Source: an uncultured bacterium | Lineage (GTDB): Bacteria > Verrucomicrobiota > Verrucomicrobiia > Limisphaerales > UBA8199 | Assembly: GCA_963749495.1 (NCBI GenBank) | Contig: CAVVMW010000012.1 | Span: 540,518 to 604,517 of the forward strand | Direction of reading: 5' to 3' | DNA: 64,000 nt | Part shown: piece by piece, positions 8,710 through 20,895 of the stretch | How positions within the stretch are numbered: position 1 is the stretch's first letter | Layout of the letters: every line of letters begins with the position of its first letter | Notes under the pieces: generated by a model | The model's input: only the letters and a program-made list of their open reading frames with translations | What the model was told of the DNA's origin: nothing | Databases searched by the model: none | Translations under genes and position numbers: made by a program

Positions 8710-11700
8710 ATGCGGAATCGGGAAACTCAAAAAGATGCTTTCACGGAAGGAGAAATGAGAATCATGAACCCAACGATACTTGCGGGATTCAGACCCCTGT
8801 TGAATGGTTTCTATTCGCCCATGCGCACAGCGGAGCGTCGAGTGGCGAGGGACGAGAGCCTGCAACCCGGCGTTCCCTCGATGCTCGACACTGGGCACTC
8901 GCCCTCTGGCTCCCCCGTTGGTTCTGAACCAGCGTCCAAGCAGCATTCGCGCCGCGCCCTGACGCCTGCGTGTCTGGCGCTGGCATTGGGATTGATCACC
9001 CTCACCGGTGCCTGGGACAAAACGGTGGCTGCGGAGGCCAGCCCGTCCCCGCAGGTCTCCGGGATCGTGGTGGATGAACAGGGCCGTCCGGTGGCGGGTG
9101 CGACGGTGGATTGCTATCATTATCAAGCCCGGCCTGGCTACACCACAGAGGGGAAACCGGAACTCGAGCGGCGCACGGTTACGGACAGCAAAGGCGCATT
9201 CGCAGTTCCCTCTTCACGGGGCACAACCCTCGTGGTGGTGAAGAAGGCGGGCTTGGCCACAGGCTGGAAAACCTGGAATTCACTCCTTGGCGTTTCGCCC
9301 GAGCCGCTGGTCCTCACGGCGCCAACAGGGCTGGCCGGTGTGGTGGTGGATGCGAATCACCGGCCCGTAGCCGATGCGGAAGTGTGGGTTTTGGGAGCCA
9401 GCTTTGCGGACGAACATGCGAGGGCGGCGCACGAGAACGATCTGTTTGGCAAGCCGGCGCGCGAATGTTTCTCCGCCAGGACCGCGGCGGATGGCCGCTT
9501 CCGTATCGAGAACTTTCCAGCCGATGGCCACGCCGCCTTGGGCGTCAGGATGACGGGCAAGTCCCCCCACCAGATTGGCAGCGGTTACGCCGGGGGCCGG
9601 GGTTATCAATCCGGAGAAGAACACATCGAACTCATGGTTGGCCCGCCGGGAGCCATTGAAGGGAAAGTGGTGGCCACCGAGACTGGCCAACCGCTTCGAG
9701 GCGTCAGGGTGAAATTTCAGCCCCCCGCGGGAGAACTTCACGTGTATGAATCCATCGAGTCCGATGAGACCAGTGCCGACGGGGCATTTCGCATTCCGCA
9801 GGCTGAGCCCGGCCTCTATTTTGCCAATGCCATCGGTGCCACTTTTGACCAGCCCGCTCCTGACTGGATGGCGGTGCTGCGAGAAAACGGCTCGGTGAGG
9901 GTGGTGGCCGGAGAAACCACGCGCAACGTTGTGGTTCACGCATCGAAAGGCGCTTGGGTGGAGGTGACCGTGGCCGCCGGGGACACTCTCAAACCGCTCG
10001 CGGACGTGGAGGTTTCGTCGAGCAGGTTCTCGGGCGGATCGAGTGCTTATACCGGCGCCGACGGTGTGGCCCTCTTGCGCGTGCCGCCCGGCCAGTGGTG
10101 GATTTCAGCCGCCAAGAAAGACTGGGCGCCGCAAGGCAGCGTGGCTACAATTGAGACTGACCGGACCAATCAAGTTCGCTTCGAACTGCCTCGAGCCACC
10201 ACGATCACCGGCACGATACGCAACCGTGTGGGCGCGTCGGCGGCAGGGGTGCTCGTGTCATTTCATCCGGGGCAATACCCCGGGGCAAGCCCTTATGTCG
10301 AAGGCAGAACGGATTCCAACGGACGATATGAGCTGACAATCACACGAGAACTGAGAGAGGCATTCGTGTGGATCGGCCCCATCATCCGGACGAATTTCAT
10401 GATGGCTCGCTGTCCGGAGCGGAACCTTGCCGCGATCCAGGAGTTCGACACGCTACCAACCGACTTGGACCTCACCCTGGAACCCGGCATCACACTCTCA
10501 GGTTCCGTCAAAGACGCCGAGGGGGCGCCGCTCACCAGCGCTATGCTGGACCTGAGCATCCTTGTGGATCGTTCAGCCCCCCAATTAGACCCTCGACCGG
10601 CCCATGTTGACGCGCGGGGTTCCTTTGCCTTTCCCGCCCTGCCGCAGGGAAGGGAATACTTCGTCCATGCATTTACCGCCCGAAGCTATGGCAGGGCCGG
10701 TGGGGACCTGAAGGCCAAGGATGCGAAACCCGGCCGTTATGAGTTTCCCGCCTTTGTGCTCAAGCGGGCCGAGCGCAAACTCGCCGGTCGAGTGCTGGGC
10801 CCTGGCGAAAAGCCGGTCGCCGGGGCCGAGGTGAGCTTCTCTGGCCAGGGACAACGTGAACCGCCCACCACCAAAACAGACAGCGATGGGCGCTTCGTCT
10901 TTGACGCAGTGTGCGAAGGGGAGGTTTATCTCCATGCGCGCAGCTACGGTCCTCCTGAAACCCGCCCCGGGGTCCCGACCGTCATGGCGACATCCGGATA
11001 CGGGGCCAAGACTCAAGCAGGCGACACGAACATCGTCATCCAACTTCGCGACCCCAGTGCCGGGGCCGTGACCGGCCCGCAATCAACGACGACCGGCACA
11101 ATCTTCGACCCTTCCGGGGCGCCGGCTCCGTTGGTGATGGTGAGGGTGTGGCGATCCGCCGGCTTGAGCCGACAGCCTACAGCGACGCCAGAGGAAGATA
11201 TATGATGCGCTGGCAACGCCAGCCCGCCTTCGGGGGTGCTCCCTTCATCAAGTCCGGGCTGGTCGGGCGTGATGTAGCGCGCAATTTGGCCGCAACGCGC
11301 AACCTCGATGAAACGGCGACGAACCTTGACCTGCGCCTGCAAGCAGGAGTCGCTCTTTCGGGTTACGTGCAAGATGCAGAGGGCAGGCCGTTGGCCAACG
11401 CCGCTGTGTCGTTGAATATGGTCCTCCACAAGGCGGATGAGGAGTTGGACCAGACCCGGACTGATGCACAAGGTTCATTCACCTTCAAGGGCCTTCCGCG
11501 GGAAGGAGACTATCACGTGAGCGTGAGCGCCAGCGGCTACGGCTCGGTCGGCCGCGTTGCTGCGCAACGTGATGGCACACAATCCAACAAACTCCAATTG
11601 CCCCCCATCAAGCTCCTGGCGGCGAATCTCCAACTGGCCGGCAAAGTGGTGGGGCCAGATGGCAAGCCCGTTTCGGGCTTGTGGGTCAATGGCGCCGGCG

Positions 11701-12806
11701 GCAACGCCCAAACGGATGCCGAAGGGCGTTTTGTTTTCAAGAAAGTCGCCCCGGGAACGGTATACGTGTCCGCCTTCATATCCGGCACCAATCGGGGCCC
11801 GTCTCTGGTCGGCACTCTTCGAGCCGAGGCAGGCGACACGAATGTTGTCATCCAGTTAAGCCCCTTTGAGAGCCAGAGTGCCCGCGCGCGGGTCACGACT
11901 GGCACCGTTTTTGGCCCCTCCGGCGCGCCTGCTCCGGGGGTGAGCTTGTCAGTCCTGCCGTCAATGGGCACCGACCTTCCCATCAAGAGTGACGCAAACG
12001 GAAGATTTACGCTTAAATGGGAAGTGCGGCCCGCAAGGACGGACGGGCTGCCAGCCAAGTCCTGGCTCTTGGGCCGTGATGCGGCGCACCATCTTGCCTC
12101 GATTGTTGAACTCACGGCCTCGACTACGAACCTCGACCTGCGCCTGCGAGCCGCGCTCACCCTCTCCGGTTCCGTGCGCGATACAGAAGGCAAGCCAGTG
12201 ACCAACGCCGTGCTTTACCTCGCCCAATGTCCCGATGGCGCTCAGACACGCTCGTTCCTGGAACGACTCAACACCCTCTTGCTCCTGGAGCGACTCGACA
12301 AGCTCGATGAGCAGGGTTCATTTTCTTTCAGCGCCCTCCCGCAAGGAGTGCGATACAACCTGGGGGTCATCGCCGACGGTTACGGCACCGCCGACCAGGA
12401 TGTGTCGGCATACGATACACGAACCGCGAATCTGCAACTGCCGGCGATTGTTCTCAAAATCGCGAACCTGCAGCTCGCCGGGCGGGTGATCGGTCTCGAC
12501 GGCAAGCCATCCTGGGGAGCGCACGTCGCTTTGAGTGTCGATGGCCAACCTCCCAGCATGATGACTCAGACGACGGCCGATGGGCGCTTCATGTTCAAGC
12601 AGGTTTGCGAAGGAGCGGTGGAGGTGCGCGCACAATCCCCTCCCGGCAGTGGCCTGGCCGGAATTGTCGCCGGCACTGTGCAAGCTCATGCCGGTGACAC
12701 GAACGTCGTGGTGAAGCTTGTCTCGAGTGACGCCGCTCGTATCCCGAATGCGGACAGGAACGAACCGTCCTCCGCAAAAGGGGTTCCCGCACCGCAACAG
12801 CCTTGA
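8710..12806 (+). CDS. Large secreted carboxypeptidase-regulatory-like (beta-sandwich) repeat protein, split by one frameshift near 11165
   Basis: Repeated GxVxDxxGxPVAGAxV...TDxxGxF units continue across ORFs 8710-11205 and 11148-12806; signal-like segment at ~8960-9035; true start probably downstream of 8710. Confidence 0.75.
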
Positions 12807-12948
12807 TCTTCTCAGTGCTTCAAAGCGATGGACCTGCCGGGAACCGTGCTGTCGGCGTAAGGGAAGCCCGTAACCAACGCCTCAGCTTTGATTCTCATCG
12901 CCCGGCTTCGTTCGGGAGCGGAATCTCTCTCTGACCCTTTGCCTTTCG

Positions 12949-13120
12949 CTACCTCTTCAGGCGGTAATAGCGGGCTGGACCGACCACACTGTTGGTGACG
13001 ATGTTCTGGCTCCCTACGGTCACCGGCGCGGGCCCAGTTGGACTCCATTGTGCCGTTTCCAACTCAGTCGTGGGTTCGAGCGTGAAGGCGGGGTCAAAGG
13101 CAGGCGATGGCCATTCCCGG
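12949..13120 (-). pseudogene. Orphan C-terminal tail of a verrucomicrobial secreted protein
   Basis: WPS...FTLEPTTELETAQWS...VTNSVVGPARYYRLKR resembles the C-terminal tail ending RFYR at 48262; no protein-like upstream body. Confidence 0.5.
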
Positions 13121-13383
13121 TTGTCCCGACGAGGCAGCCAAGAAAATGCAGGAGCGCCTTGATCTTTACGTGCAGGGCAGGCCATACCATGAGGCGCCGC
13201 CTAACTGAGTGGAGCGACCTGATTTGCCGGTGCCCACCGTGACGCAGGCGCTGGGTCGGGACTCCTGACCCGGCCGAACCAGCCTGACCGGCTTCCTGAC
13301 ACCACCACCGCACAACCCAGCGGCCTAAGGCCTCCCACTCCCGGCTTGCCCGCGCGGGGCCGGCATGCAAGCTTTTCTTGGAT

Positions 13384-14079
13384 ATGGGAAAAGCATCGCG
13401 TCTGAAGCGGGAGCGGAAGCTTGCCCAGGCGGCAGCTAAGGCCCGCGCCGAAAGAGTTCAGCACTCGGAGCCTGGCAAAGAGTCCCTGCTGGTCCAAGGT
13501 CCGCCTCGCATCGAGAACACAGTTGACAGCCCGGAAATGGCAGAAGCACGGCGTCCAGACCGGGAGCAGGAACTCATCGAGGCGGCGGATAGCGCCATGG
13601 CCGAGCGACTTCGGCGCTCGGACTTGGGCGGAGAATCCGTGTTAGTGAAAGATGTGCCCGGTGTTGAGAAGATGTCCGAAATCCTGAGCGAGTTCGCGCG
13701 GCCGCTCCTCGATATGTGCAAGGCCAAAGAGGATCATGCGAAGATCCTGCGTCTGGCCGCAATCGCCTGGAACACGGCGCTTCTCCCGGAAGAAGAGCGC
13801 GCCGCGTCCCTGCTCGACACGAAATTCACGGACCTCCTGGGGTCGGAGGGGATGCGGCTCATGCAGTACCTCATCCAGCGGAAGCTGGACTTGTTTGCGG
13901 GCAAAACGCGTCCCGTGCACGACATCGAGGTCGTGGACTTGGGTGACCGGTTTTCTTTCAGGGTCGTATCCGGACTGCCGGTGAATGATCCGAAAGTCGT
14001 AAATGTCCTTAAGGCCCAGGGCTTGTTGCCGGAGGAGGGTCCGCGAAGTGAACCAGGGATGGGAAACACCCGGGTCTGA
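13384..14079 (+). CDS. Hypothetical protein
   Basis: 231-aa ORF with MGKASRLKR N-terminus and a KMSEILSEFARPLL...AAIAWN conserved-looking block. Confidence 0.7.
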   Translation: MGKASRLKRERKLAQAAAKARAERVQHSEPGKESLLVQGPPRIENTVDSPEMAEARRPDREQELIEAADSAMAERLRRSDLGGESVLVKDVPGVEKMSEILSEFARPLLDMCKAKEDHAKILRLAAIAWNTALLPEEERAASLLDTKFTDLLGSEGMRLMQYLIQRKLDLFAGKTRPVHDIEVVDLGDRFSFRVVSGLPVNDPKVVNVLKAQGLLPEEGPRSEPGMGNTRV

Positions 14080-14279
14080 TGGATCAGGGAGCGGTTTCCC
14101 CTATAGAGAGCTTGCGGCAACTCTCGGATCAGTGCATATTCTGCGGGTTGGCCGACAATGCATCGGTTCGCGCGTGAACTCGACATCCATCAGGAAGCGT
14201 AAAATGATCGGTCCGCCACAACATCCTGAGACAGTGTGGCGCCGAACTTCCCGCTTCCGCGGGCGTCGCTAACGGGATC

Positions 14280-16949
14280 ATGAAGACGAAACCCAAACTG
14301 GAACGCCAACAGAAAAAGCCTGCCAAGGCGGCTCGCCACGAGACACCCGCCTCGGCGGGAGGCGTTTCGTTCCCCATCGTCGGCATCGGCGCCTCCGCCG
14401 GAGGACTGGAAGCGTTGGAGCAGTTTCTGGGGCGCGTGCCGGCGGGCAGCGGCATGGCGTTTGTCATTGTCCAGCACCTGGACCCGACGCACAAGGGGAT
14501 CATGCCCGAACTGCTTCAACGCGCCACCGGCATGAAAGTCATTCAGGTCAAGGATCGCACCAAAGTGCGGCCGGATTGCGTCTATGTGATACCGCCCAAC
14601 AAGGACATGTCCATCCTGCACGGGGTCCTGCACTTGCTGGAGCCGTCGGCGCCGCGGGGGCTGCGCCTGCCGATCGATTTTTTCCTGCGTTCCCTGGCGC
14701 TGGACCAGCAGGAGCGCAGCATCGGCGTGATTCTGTCCGGGATGGGCTCCGACGGCACGCTGGGCCTGCGCGCCATCAAGGAAAAGGCGGGCGTGGTGCT
14801 GGTGCAGGAGCCGGGGACGGCCAAGTTCGATGGCATGCCGCGCAGCGCGATAGACGCAGGGCTGGCGGATATCGTGGCTCCGGTGGACGAGTTGCCGGGG
14901 AAGATCCTCACGTATCTCCAGCGCACCCCGCTGATTGCCCGAACGGAAGTGGACCTGGAACATAAAATGCAGAGCGGCCTGGAAAAGGCGGTCATCCTGC
15001 TGCGCGCACACACCGGCCACGACTTTTCCCTCCATAAGAGGAACACCCTCTACCGCCGGATCGAGCGTCGCATGGGCATCCACCAGATCTCCAAGATGGC
15101 CGCCTACGTCCGCTATTTGCAGGAGAACTCGCAGGAGCTGGATCTGCTCTTCAAGGAGTTGTTGATCGGGGTGACGAGTTTCTTCCGCGACCCGGCCGCC
15201 TGGGAGCAGTTGCGCGCCCAGGCCATTCCGGCGCTCCTCGCCAACCGGCCGCCCGGCCAGGCCCTGCGGGCGTGGGTGCCCGGCTGCTCCACCGGGGAGG
15301 AGGCCTATTCCCTTGCCGCCGTGCTCAAGGAGGCGGTCGAGGAGATTAAGCCCAAGGGGCAATTCACGGTTCAAGTCTTCGCCACCGACCTGGACCGGGA
15401 CGCGATTGACAAGGCGCGGCAGGGCCTCTTTCCGGCCAATATTGCGGCTGACGTGTCGCCGCAGCGGCTGGGCCGGTTCTTCGCCAAAGAACAACGCGGC
15501 TACGCGGTGCGCAAGGAGATTCGCGAGATGGTCATTTTTGCGCCGCAGAATCTCATCATGGACCCACCCTTTACCAAGCTGGACATCTTGAGCTGCCGCA
15601 ACCTGCTCATCTACCTGACCCCGGAGGTGCAGAAAAAACTCATTCCGCTGTTTCATTACAGCCTCAATCCCGGCGGCATTTTGTTTCTTGGCAGCGCGGA
15701 GACGATTGGCGGCGCCACTGACCTGTTTGTCCCGCTCAGCGGCAAATCAAGGCTCTTTCGGCGGACGGAGTTTGGTCTCCGGCCGGAATCGGTGGAGTTT
15801 CCCCCGTCCTTTGGCGCCGGTCCGCCCGGCGGGCCGGAGGCACGTCAGGCGCCCAAAACGCCGGTCAGTGTCCAGTCGCTGGCCGATCAATTGGTCCTGC
15901 AGCGTTACGCCCCGCCGGCCGTGCTCGTCAATGACAAGGGCGATATCTTCTACATCAGCGGCCGGACCGGCAAGTACCTGGAACCGGCCGCCGGCAAGGC
16001 CAACTGGAACCTCTTTGCCATGGCCCGCGAGGGCCTGCGCTACGAACTGGCCGGCGCCTTCCAGAAAGCGCTCCGGCGAAAAGGAAGCGTGATGCTCCAC
16101 GGACTCAAAATCGAGACCAACGGCGGCGAGCAGTTTGTGGATCTGACCGTTCAGCGACTTGAAGAACCCGGGCCGCTGGAGGGGTTGGTGATGATCGTTT
16201 TCACCGACGTGGCCGCGACCGAGGCCGCCAAAGCGCCAGTCCGGCCGCCCCAGGCTCACGTCCGTAACGCGCGGCTGGCGCAATTGGAGCAGGAACTCCT
16301 GCAGGTCCGCGCCGAGGCGCGGGCCACCCACGAAGAGATGCAGACCTCGCAGGAGGAACTCCGGTCCGCCAACGAGGAACTGCAATCCACCAATGAAGAG
16401 CTCCAGTCCACCAACGAGGAACTCACCACCTCCAGGGAGGAAATGCAATCGCTGAACGAGGAACTCCAGACGCTCAACGCCGAGTTATCGGCCAAGGTGG
16501 AGGAGCTTTCCCGGTCGAGCAACGACATGAGGAACCTGCTGGACAGCACGGACATCGCCACCCTGTTTTTGGACAAGGATCTCAACGTGCGGCGGTTCAC
16601 CACCCAGGCGACGAACATCGTCAAACTCATCCCGGGCGATGTGGGCCGGCCCATCACCGACCTGGTTTCGGACCTGATGCACCCGACGCTGGCGGCCGAC
16701 GCGCGCGAGGTGCTGCGGACGTTGACCGCGACGGAGAGACCGGCGGCGACGCGGGACGGCCGCTGGTTTACCGTGCGCATCATGCCCTATCGCACGATGG
16801 ACGACCGGATCGACGGCGTGGTGATCACCTTCACGGACATCACTGTGGCCAAGACGCTGGAGGCGAGGTTGCGGGCGAAACAGATTGGTTTGGAGAAGCG
16901 GATCGCGGGCCAATTCGCAAAATTGGACCCGCGGGCGGGAGGGAAGTGA
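14280..16949 (+). CDS. cheBR: CheB methylesterase/CheR methyltransferase fusion with coiled coil and PAS domain
   Basis: GASAGG, VQHL and SGMGSDG (CheB); VTSFFRD, GCSTGEEAYS and CRNLLIY (CheR); ELQSTNEEL repeats. Confidence 0.93.
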   Translation: MKTKPKLERQQKKPAKAARHETPASAGGVSFPIVGIGASAGGLEALEQFLGRVPAGSGMAFVIVQHLDPTHKGIMPELLQRATGMKVIQVKDRTKVRPDCVYVIPPNKDMSILHGVLHLLEPSAPRGLRLPIDFFLRSLALDQQERSIGVILSGMGSDGTLGLRAIKEKAGVVLVQEPGTAKFDGMPRSAIDAGLADIVAPVDELPGKILTYLQRTPLIARTEVDLEHKMQSGLEKAVILLRAHTGHDFSLHKRNTLYRRIERRMGIHQISKMAAYVRYLQENSQELDLLFKELLIGVTSFFRDPAAWEQLRAQAIPALLANRPPGQALRAWVPGCSTGEEAYSLAAVLKEAVEEIKPKGQFTVQVFATDLDRDAIDKARQGLFPANIAADVSPQRLGRFFAKEQRGYAVRKEIREMVIFAPQNLIMDPPFTKLDILSCRNLLIYLTPEVQKKLIPLFHYSLNPGGILFLGSAETIGGATDLFVPLSGKSRLFRRTEFGLRPESVEFPPSFGAGPPGGPEARQAPKTPVSVQSLADQLVLQRYAPPAVLVNDKGDIFYISGRTGKYLEPAAGKANWNLFAMAREGLRYELAGAFQKALRRKGSVMLHGLKIETNGGEQFVDLTVQRLEEPGPLEGLVMIVFTDVAATEAAKAPVRPPQAHVRNARLAQLEQELLQVRAEARATHEEMQTSQEELRSANEELQSTNEELQSTNEELTTSREEMQSLNEELQTLNAELSAKVEELSRSSNDMRNLLDSTDIATLFLDKDLNVRRFTTQATNIVKLIPGDVGRPITDLVSDLMHPTLAADAREVLRTLTATERPAATRDGRWFTVRIMPYRTMDDRIDGVVITFTDITVAKTLEARLRAKQIGLEKRIAGQFAKLDPRAGGK

Positions 16950-17068
16950 GCGGTTATTAGCAACCAGTAACCAGTGAACAGTGAATGGCAAGCAGGGGCT
17001 GAAAACGCGAAAAAGAGCGACACGATGAGCCAATTGCAGCACGCGCGCAACTCCGGGGACTTGATCAC

Positions 17069-18361
17069 ATGCAAAAGAAACCGAAACTCTCACCCGCGGC
17101 CGCCGCACTGCGCCGTCGCGCCGAGGAGCACCTGAGGGAGCAGCGCCCGGAGACGGGTCCGGCCCCAACCGAAGCCGACACGCAGCGCTTGGTCCACGAA
17201 TTGCAGGTCCACCAGATCGAGCTGGAGATGCAGAACGAGGAACTCCAGCAGGCCCGGAACGAGATGGAGGCGTGGCTGGAAAAATACAGCGACCTCTACG
17301 ATTTCGCCCCGGTGGGTTATTTGACCCTCGATCGCGAGGGGACTATTGTCGAGGCCAATCTCACCAGTGCCGCCTTGTTGGGGAACGAGCGATCCCGGCT
17401 GGTCAAGCGGCGCTTCGGGCTTTGGGTTTCCGCGGCCGACCTGCCGGCTTTCAATGCCTTCCTCACGCGGGTATTCGAGAGCACGGCCAGGGAGTTCTGC
17501 GAAGTGACGCTTCTGAGGGAAGCAAAGCCAGCGGTCGAGGTGCGGATCGAGGCGGCGGTTGCGGCGTCGGGGCGGGAGTGTCGTGCGGCTCTGATGGATA
17601 TCACCGAGCGCAAGCGGGCCGAGGAGGATCGTCTCATTCTGAGCAAGCTGGAGTCCACAGGGATTCTGGCGGGGGGCATTGCCCATGATTTCAATAATCT
17701 GCTGATGGGGATCCTCCTCAACCTCGAACTGGCCCAGACGCTCACCCCTCCCGGCGAGGAGCTGGCACACCTTTTGGAGCAGGCGAACGAGGCCGCCTTG
17801 ATGGCCCGCGACTTGACGCGGCAGCTCATCACTTTTGCCGATGGCGGGGCACCGATCCGGAAGCCGACCCGCCTCTCCGGGGTGATTCAGGAATCCGCCC
17901 GCCTTGCTTTGCTCGGTTCACCGGTGCGCTGCGATTTCTCCCTGGCTGATGATCTCCGTCCGGCGGAGGTGGACGCCGGGCAGATCGGACAGGTGATACG
18001 GAACCTGGTCCTGAATGCGCGGGAAGCGATGTCCCAGGGAGGAGTGATCTCCATCCGGGCGGAGAATGTGGTGCTCGGGCCCCATCAAAATCCTTCCCTG
18101 CCGCCGGGTGATTACGTTCGGGTGAGCATTGCCGACCGGGGCGTGGGCATGTCGAAGGAGGTGCTGGCGAGGATCTTTGATCCTTATTTCTCGATGAAGC
18201 AGCGGGGGAATCAAAAGGGCATGGGTCTGGGGCTGACAATCTGCCATACGCTCATTCAGAAGCATGGAGGAGCGATTGCCGTGGAGTCAGAGGCGGGGGT
18301 GGGAACCACCTTCCACATCCACCTCCCCGCTTCCCGTGGCCAGAGAGCAGTGTCCGGGTAG
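17069..18361 (+). CDS. PAS-domain sensor histidine kinase
   Basis: HELQVHQIELEMQNEEL, AHDFNN H-box, NLVLNA, DRGVGM and GMGLGL boxes. Confidence 0.92.
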   Translation: MQKKPKLSPAAAALRRRAEEHLREQRPETGPAPTEADTQRLVHELQVHQIELEMQNEELQQARNEMEAWLEKYSDLYDFAPVGYLTLDREGTIVEANLTSAALLGNERSRLVKRRFGLWVSAADLPAFNAFLTRVFESTAREFCEVTLLREAKPAVEVRIEAAVAASGRECRAALMDITERKRAEEDRLILSKLESTGILAGGIAHDFNNLLMGILLNLELAQTLTPPGEELAHLLEQANEAALMARDLTRQLITFADGGAPIRKPTRLSGVIQESARLALLGSPVRCDFSLADDLRPAEVDAGQIGQVIRNLVLNAREAMSQGGVISIRAENVVLGPHQNPSLPPGDYVRVSIADRGVGMSKEVLARIFDPYFSMKQRGNQKGMGLGLTICHTLIQKHGGAIAVESEAGVGTTFHIHLPASRGQRAVSG

Positions 18362-18568
18362 CCATCCGATAGGGGGGCGGGGAATGGGCTTTGGTTGGCG
18401 GCGTCAAACTGCTCGTGCTATAGCAGCAATACATTCATCGTCTTTTCCGATCCCAGATCTGCTGGAAATCCGCGCCGGTGCTGCGGGGTGCTCACCCGAT
18501 CGGGAGCGGCATCACCCATCACCTGGAGGAGCTGCTGCCTTGGCGCAGTGAGGCATTTCGCGGGCCGA

Positions 18569-20137
18569 TCATTCCTGGCTGACGCGTGCCGGCAGCCGGC
18601 GGGCCGCGAGAACTGTTTGGCGGTCCGGCTCCTCGCGTCCGGCATCCATCATCCGGGCGGGGAGTTCGGGCTTCCGGGTCAAAGTTCGTCGGCGGAACGG
18701 ACTGCTCAGCAATTTGACAATATCCGAGGTCTTCATGTGGCGGCCGAAGGTGCGCAGAAGTCTCAGGGTTCGGAGCGGGCGCTTGAGAATCCGGTGGAGG
18801 AAAAGCAAGCCATAACCTTTTGCCCGGAGTCGATTCACCACCGCGCTGGGCAGAGTAGTGGGGTCGATGTCCGAGCACTTGAACCACTTGTGCCAGTCCC
18901 GCTCGTCGTCAATGATCCCGCGCGCGACATATTCTTGCCAGAGCGGCGTCCCGCGATAGACGCACAACCGATTGAAACCGAACGTATCCAACTCCAAACG
19001 CGCGGCGAAGCGGAAACTCTCCAGAATGTCCGCTTCGGTTTCATCGGGCGAGCCGACGAGGAAGAACCCGTGGACCCTGGCGATGCCCTGCCGTTTCGCT
19101 TCCCTGACCGCGTGCTCCACCTGCGCGGGGGTCTGCTTCTTGTGGAGCCGATTCAGCACCTTTTGCGTCCCCGCCTCCACGCCAAACGCCAGGAAATTGC
19201 AGCCGGCCCGGCACATCACCGGCAGTTGCTCAATTCCGACCGAATCCGCCCGGCCTTCGCAGCCCCAGTGAAACTCCAGTTTGCGTTCGATGATGCCGCG
19301 GCAGATTCCGTCAATTCGCTTGCGGTTGATCAGGAAGTGGTCATCGGTAAAGTAAATCGAGCGATAGCCCAGATCATTGAGTTCCTGCAACTCGCCCAGG
19401 ACATGTTCCGGCGAACGGCTGCGCCACCGGCCCTGGCCCAGGGAGGGGATATCGCAATAGCTGCACGAGTAGGGGCAGCCGCGCGACGTTTGCACCGTGC
19501 AAAACTTGTCCAGCGAAAGGACCGCGGGGACATCCAACGGCAAGGACTCGATGTAGTCGATCGGCAGACTGGTCCGGTCCGGATACGGGAACCGGTCCAG
19601 GTCCCGCAGGAGTGGACGCGGGGTGTTCTCAACCGTTTTCGCGCCGTCACGCCAGACCAGGCCCGCCACGGCCCCCGGACTGTCGAGGTGGTCCAGGTAA
19701 TCCGGCAGCAGTTCCTCGCCTTCGCCCACCCCCACGCAATCAATGTCAGAGCAGTCCCCCAAAATCCGGTCCGCATTCAAGGTGGCGAACGCGCCGCCGG
19801 CGATGATGGGTATCTGCGCGGCCTCGGCCTTGAGCCGCCGGGCCATGCTCTTGACTGCCGGGTACGTGGTCGTCGAGAGGAACGAGAGGGCAATCACGCC
19901 GGGTCGTTCCCGCGCCACCGCTTGCGCGACGTGCTCCGCCTTCATCTGAGGATGGCAGGTGTCAAACATCCACACCTGGTGTCCTCGTTGGCGCAGCACC
20001 GGCGCGAGGGTCTGAATCCCCAGCGGCGGAAACGCCATCACCTTGACCCGCCCATTGCCGGACTTGGCCTGATCCAGTTCCCGGGGAAGCACCCGGCAGA
20101 AGTTGTCGTCGCCGACATGAACCAGGAACGTCTTCAT
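18569..20137 (-). CDS. Cobalamin-binding radical SAM protein
   Basis: PPLG...GGAFAT...GEGE B12-binding domain; SRGCPYSCSYC radical SAM motif. Confidence 0.9.
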   Translation of the reverse strand: MKTFLVHVGDDNFCRVLPRELDQAKSGNGRVKVMAFPPLGIQTLAPVLRQRGHQVWMFDTCHPQMKAEHVAQAVARERPGVIALSFLSTTTYPAVKSMARRLKAEAAQIPIIAGGAFATLNADRILGDCSDIDCVGVGEGEELLPDYLDHLDSPGAVAGLVWRDGAKTVENTPRPLLRDLDRFPYPDRTSLPIDYIESLPLDVPAVLSLDKFCTVQTSRGCPYSCSYCDIPSLGQGRWRSRSPEHVLGELQELNDLGYRSIYFTDDHFLINRKRIDGICRGIIERKLEFHWGCEGRADSVGIEQLPVMCRAGCNFLAFGVEAGTQKVLNRLHKKQTPAQVEHAVREAKRQGIARVHGFFLVGSPDETEADILESFRFAARLELDTFGFNRLCVYRGTPLWQEYVARGIIDDERDWHKWFKCSDIDPTTLPSAVVNRLRAKGYGLLFLHRILKRPLRTLRLLRTFGRHMKTSDIVKLLSSPFRRRTLTRKPELPARMMDAGREEPDRQTVLAARRLPARVSQE

Positions 20138-20895
20138 GAGGCGAATGCCGCTCCGTGGAAATGCGATTTCGTGTTCATAATTCGACGCGCTGCATCATGT
20201 CATCGATGCGGGCGCGATACTACACGAAAAACCTGACCAGGCGCCATCGGGGATTTACCCCATGTCGGATCTCATTGATGGGCTCTCGCAAGAGGTTGAA
20301 TCGGTTGCGGGAGGAATGCCGCCAGTTGGTCACCAGACTCGTGGAGCCGCGCTTGGGCGAGCCCCACATCGCAACGTTGCCAGGCAGCCATCGAGGATCT
20401 GACGACCGTGAAGCTCTCCAAGGCGCAACGGAAATCAGTGCTTGACCCCTCCTGCCGAAAGATTGTGCTTGTCCCGACCGCCCAGCGGCCCATAATGCAG
20501 CTCATTCACTCTGAATCTGCGTATGGAAAGCAAACGCTCGAATCCGTGGCCGCTCGAGCCTGGCTCACTCGCCGCACTGGTGCCGACGAGATGGTTTGCC
20601 GATCAGAAATACCAGGATGCGCTGAGCACTTTGAACCAGCTTGCCAGCCCGAAACTGACCGCGGACCAGTAGAAGCTGGTGTCGGCCATCAAATACAAGT
20701 TCTGACCCCGAAACACGCGGGCACGAGACAAGCTAGGGTACATCTATGAGTGGAGCAACGGGCGAATTGGCGATCCGAAGTCGGTCCGGGTTGAAAAGGC
20801 GCCGCCTGCCGCCCGGGCGCCGACCGGTGCTCGGGCCAGCCCTCCTTGACAACTAAGCCCGTGGATACGGCAGCCAAGGCACTCAGCTCGGTGCT

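Noticed and set aside
11148..11205. Programmed frameshift in the repeat-protein gene
   Set aside because: No slippery heptamer is visible; more likely a single indel.
16330..16480. 21-nt periodic repeats
   Set aside because: They encode the standard ELQSTNEEL coiled coil of CheB/CheR fusions.
18569..20137. B12 radical SAM enzyme as part of the Cys-repeat modification system
   Set aside because: It lies ~17 kb outside the direct-repeat-bounded island with no adjacent precursor.
14190..20236. Long antisense ORFs (14190-15656 and 18395-20236; likewise 27163-28632, 29507-30844, 58113-59927)
   Set aside because: Shadow frames of well-supported genes in GC-rich DNA, with no recognisable motifs.
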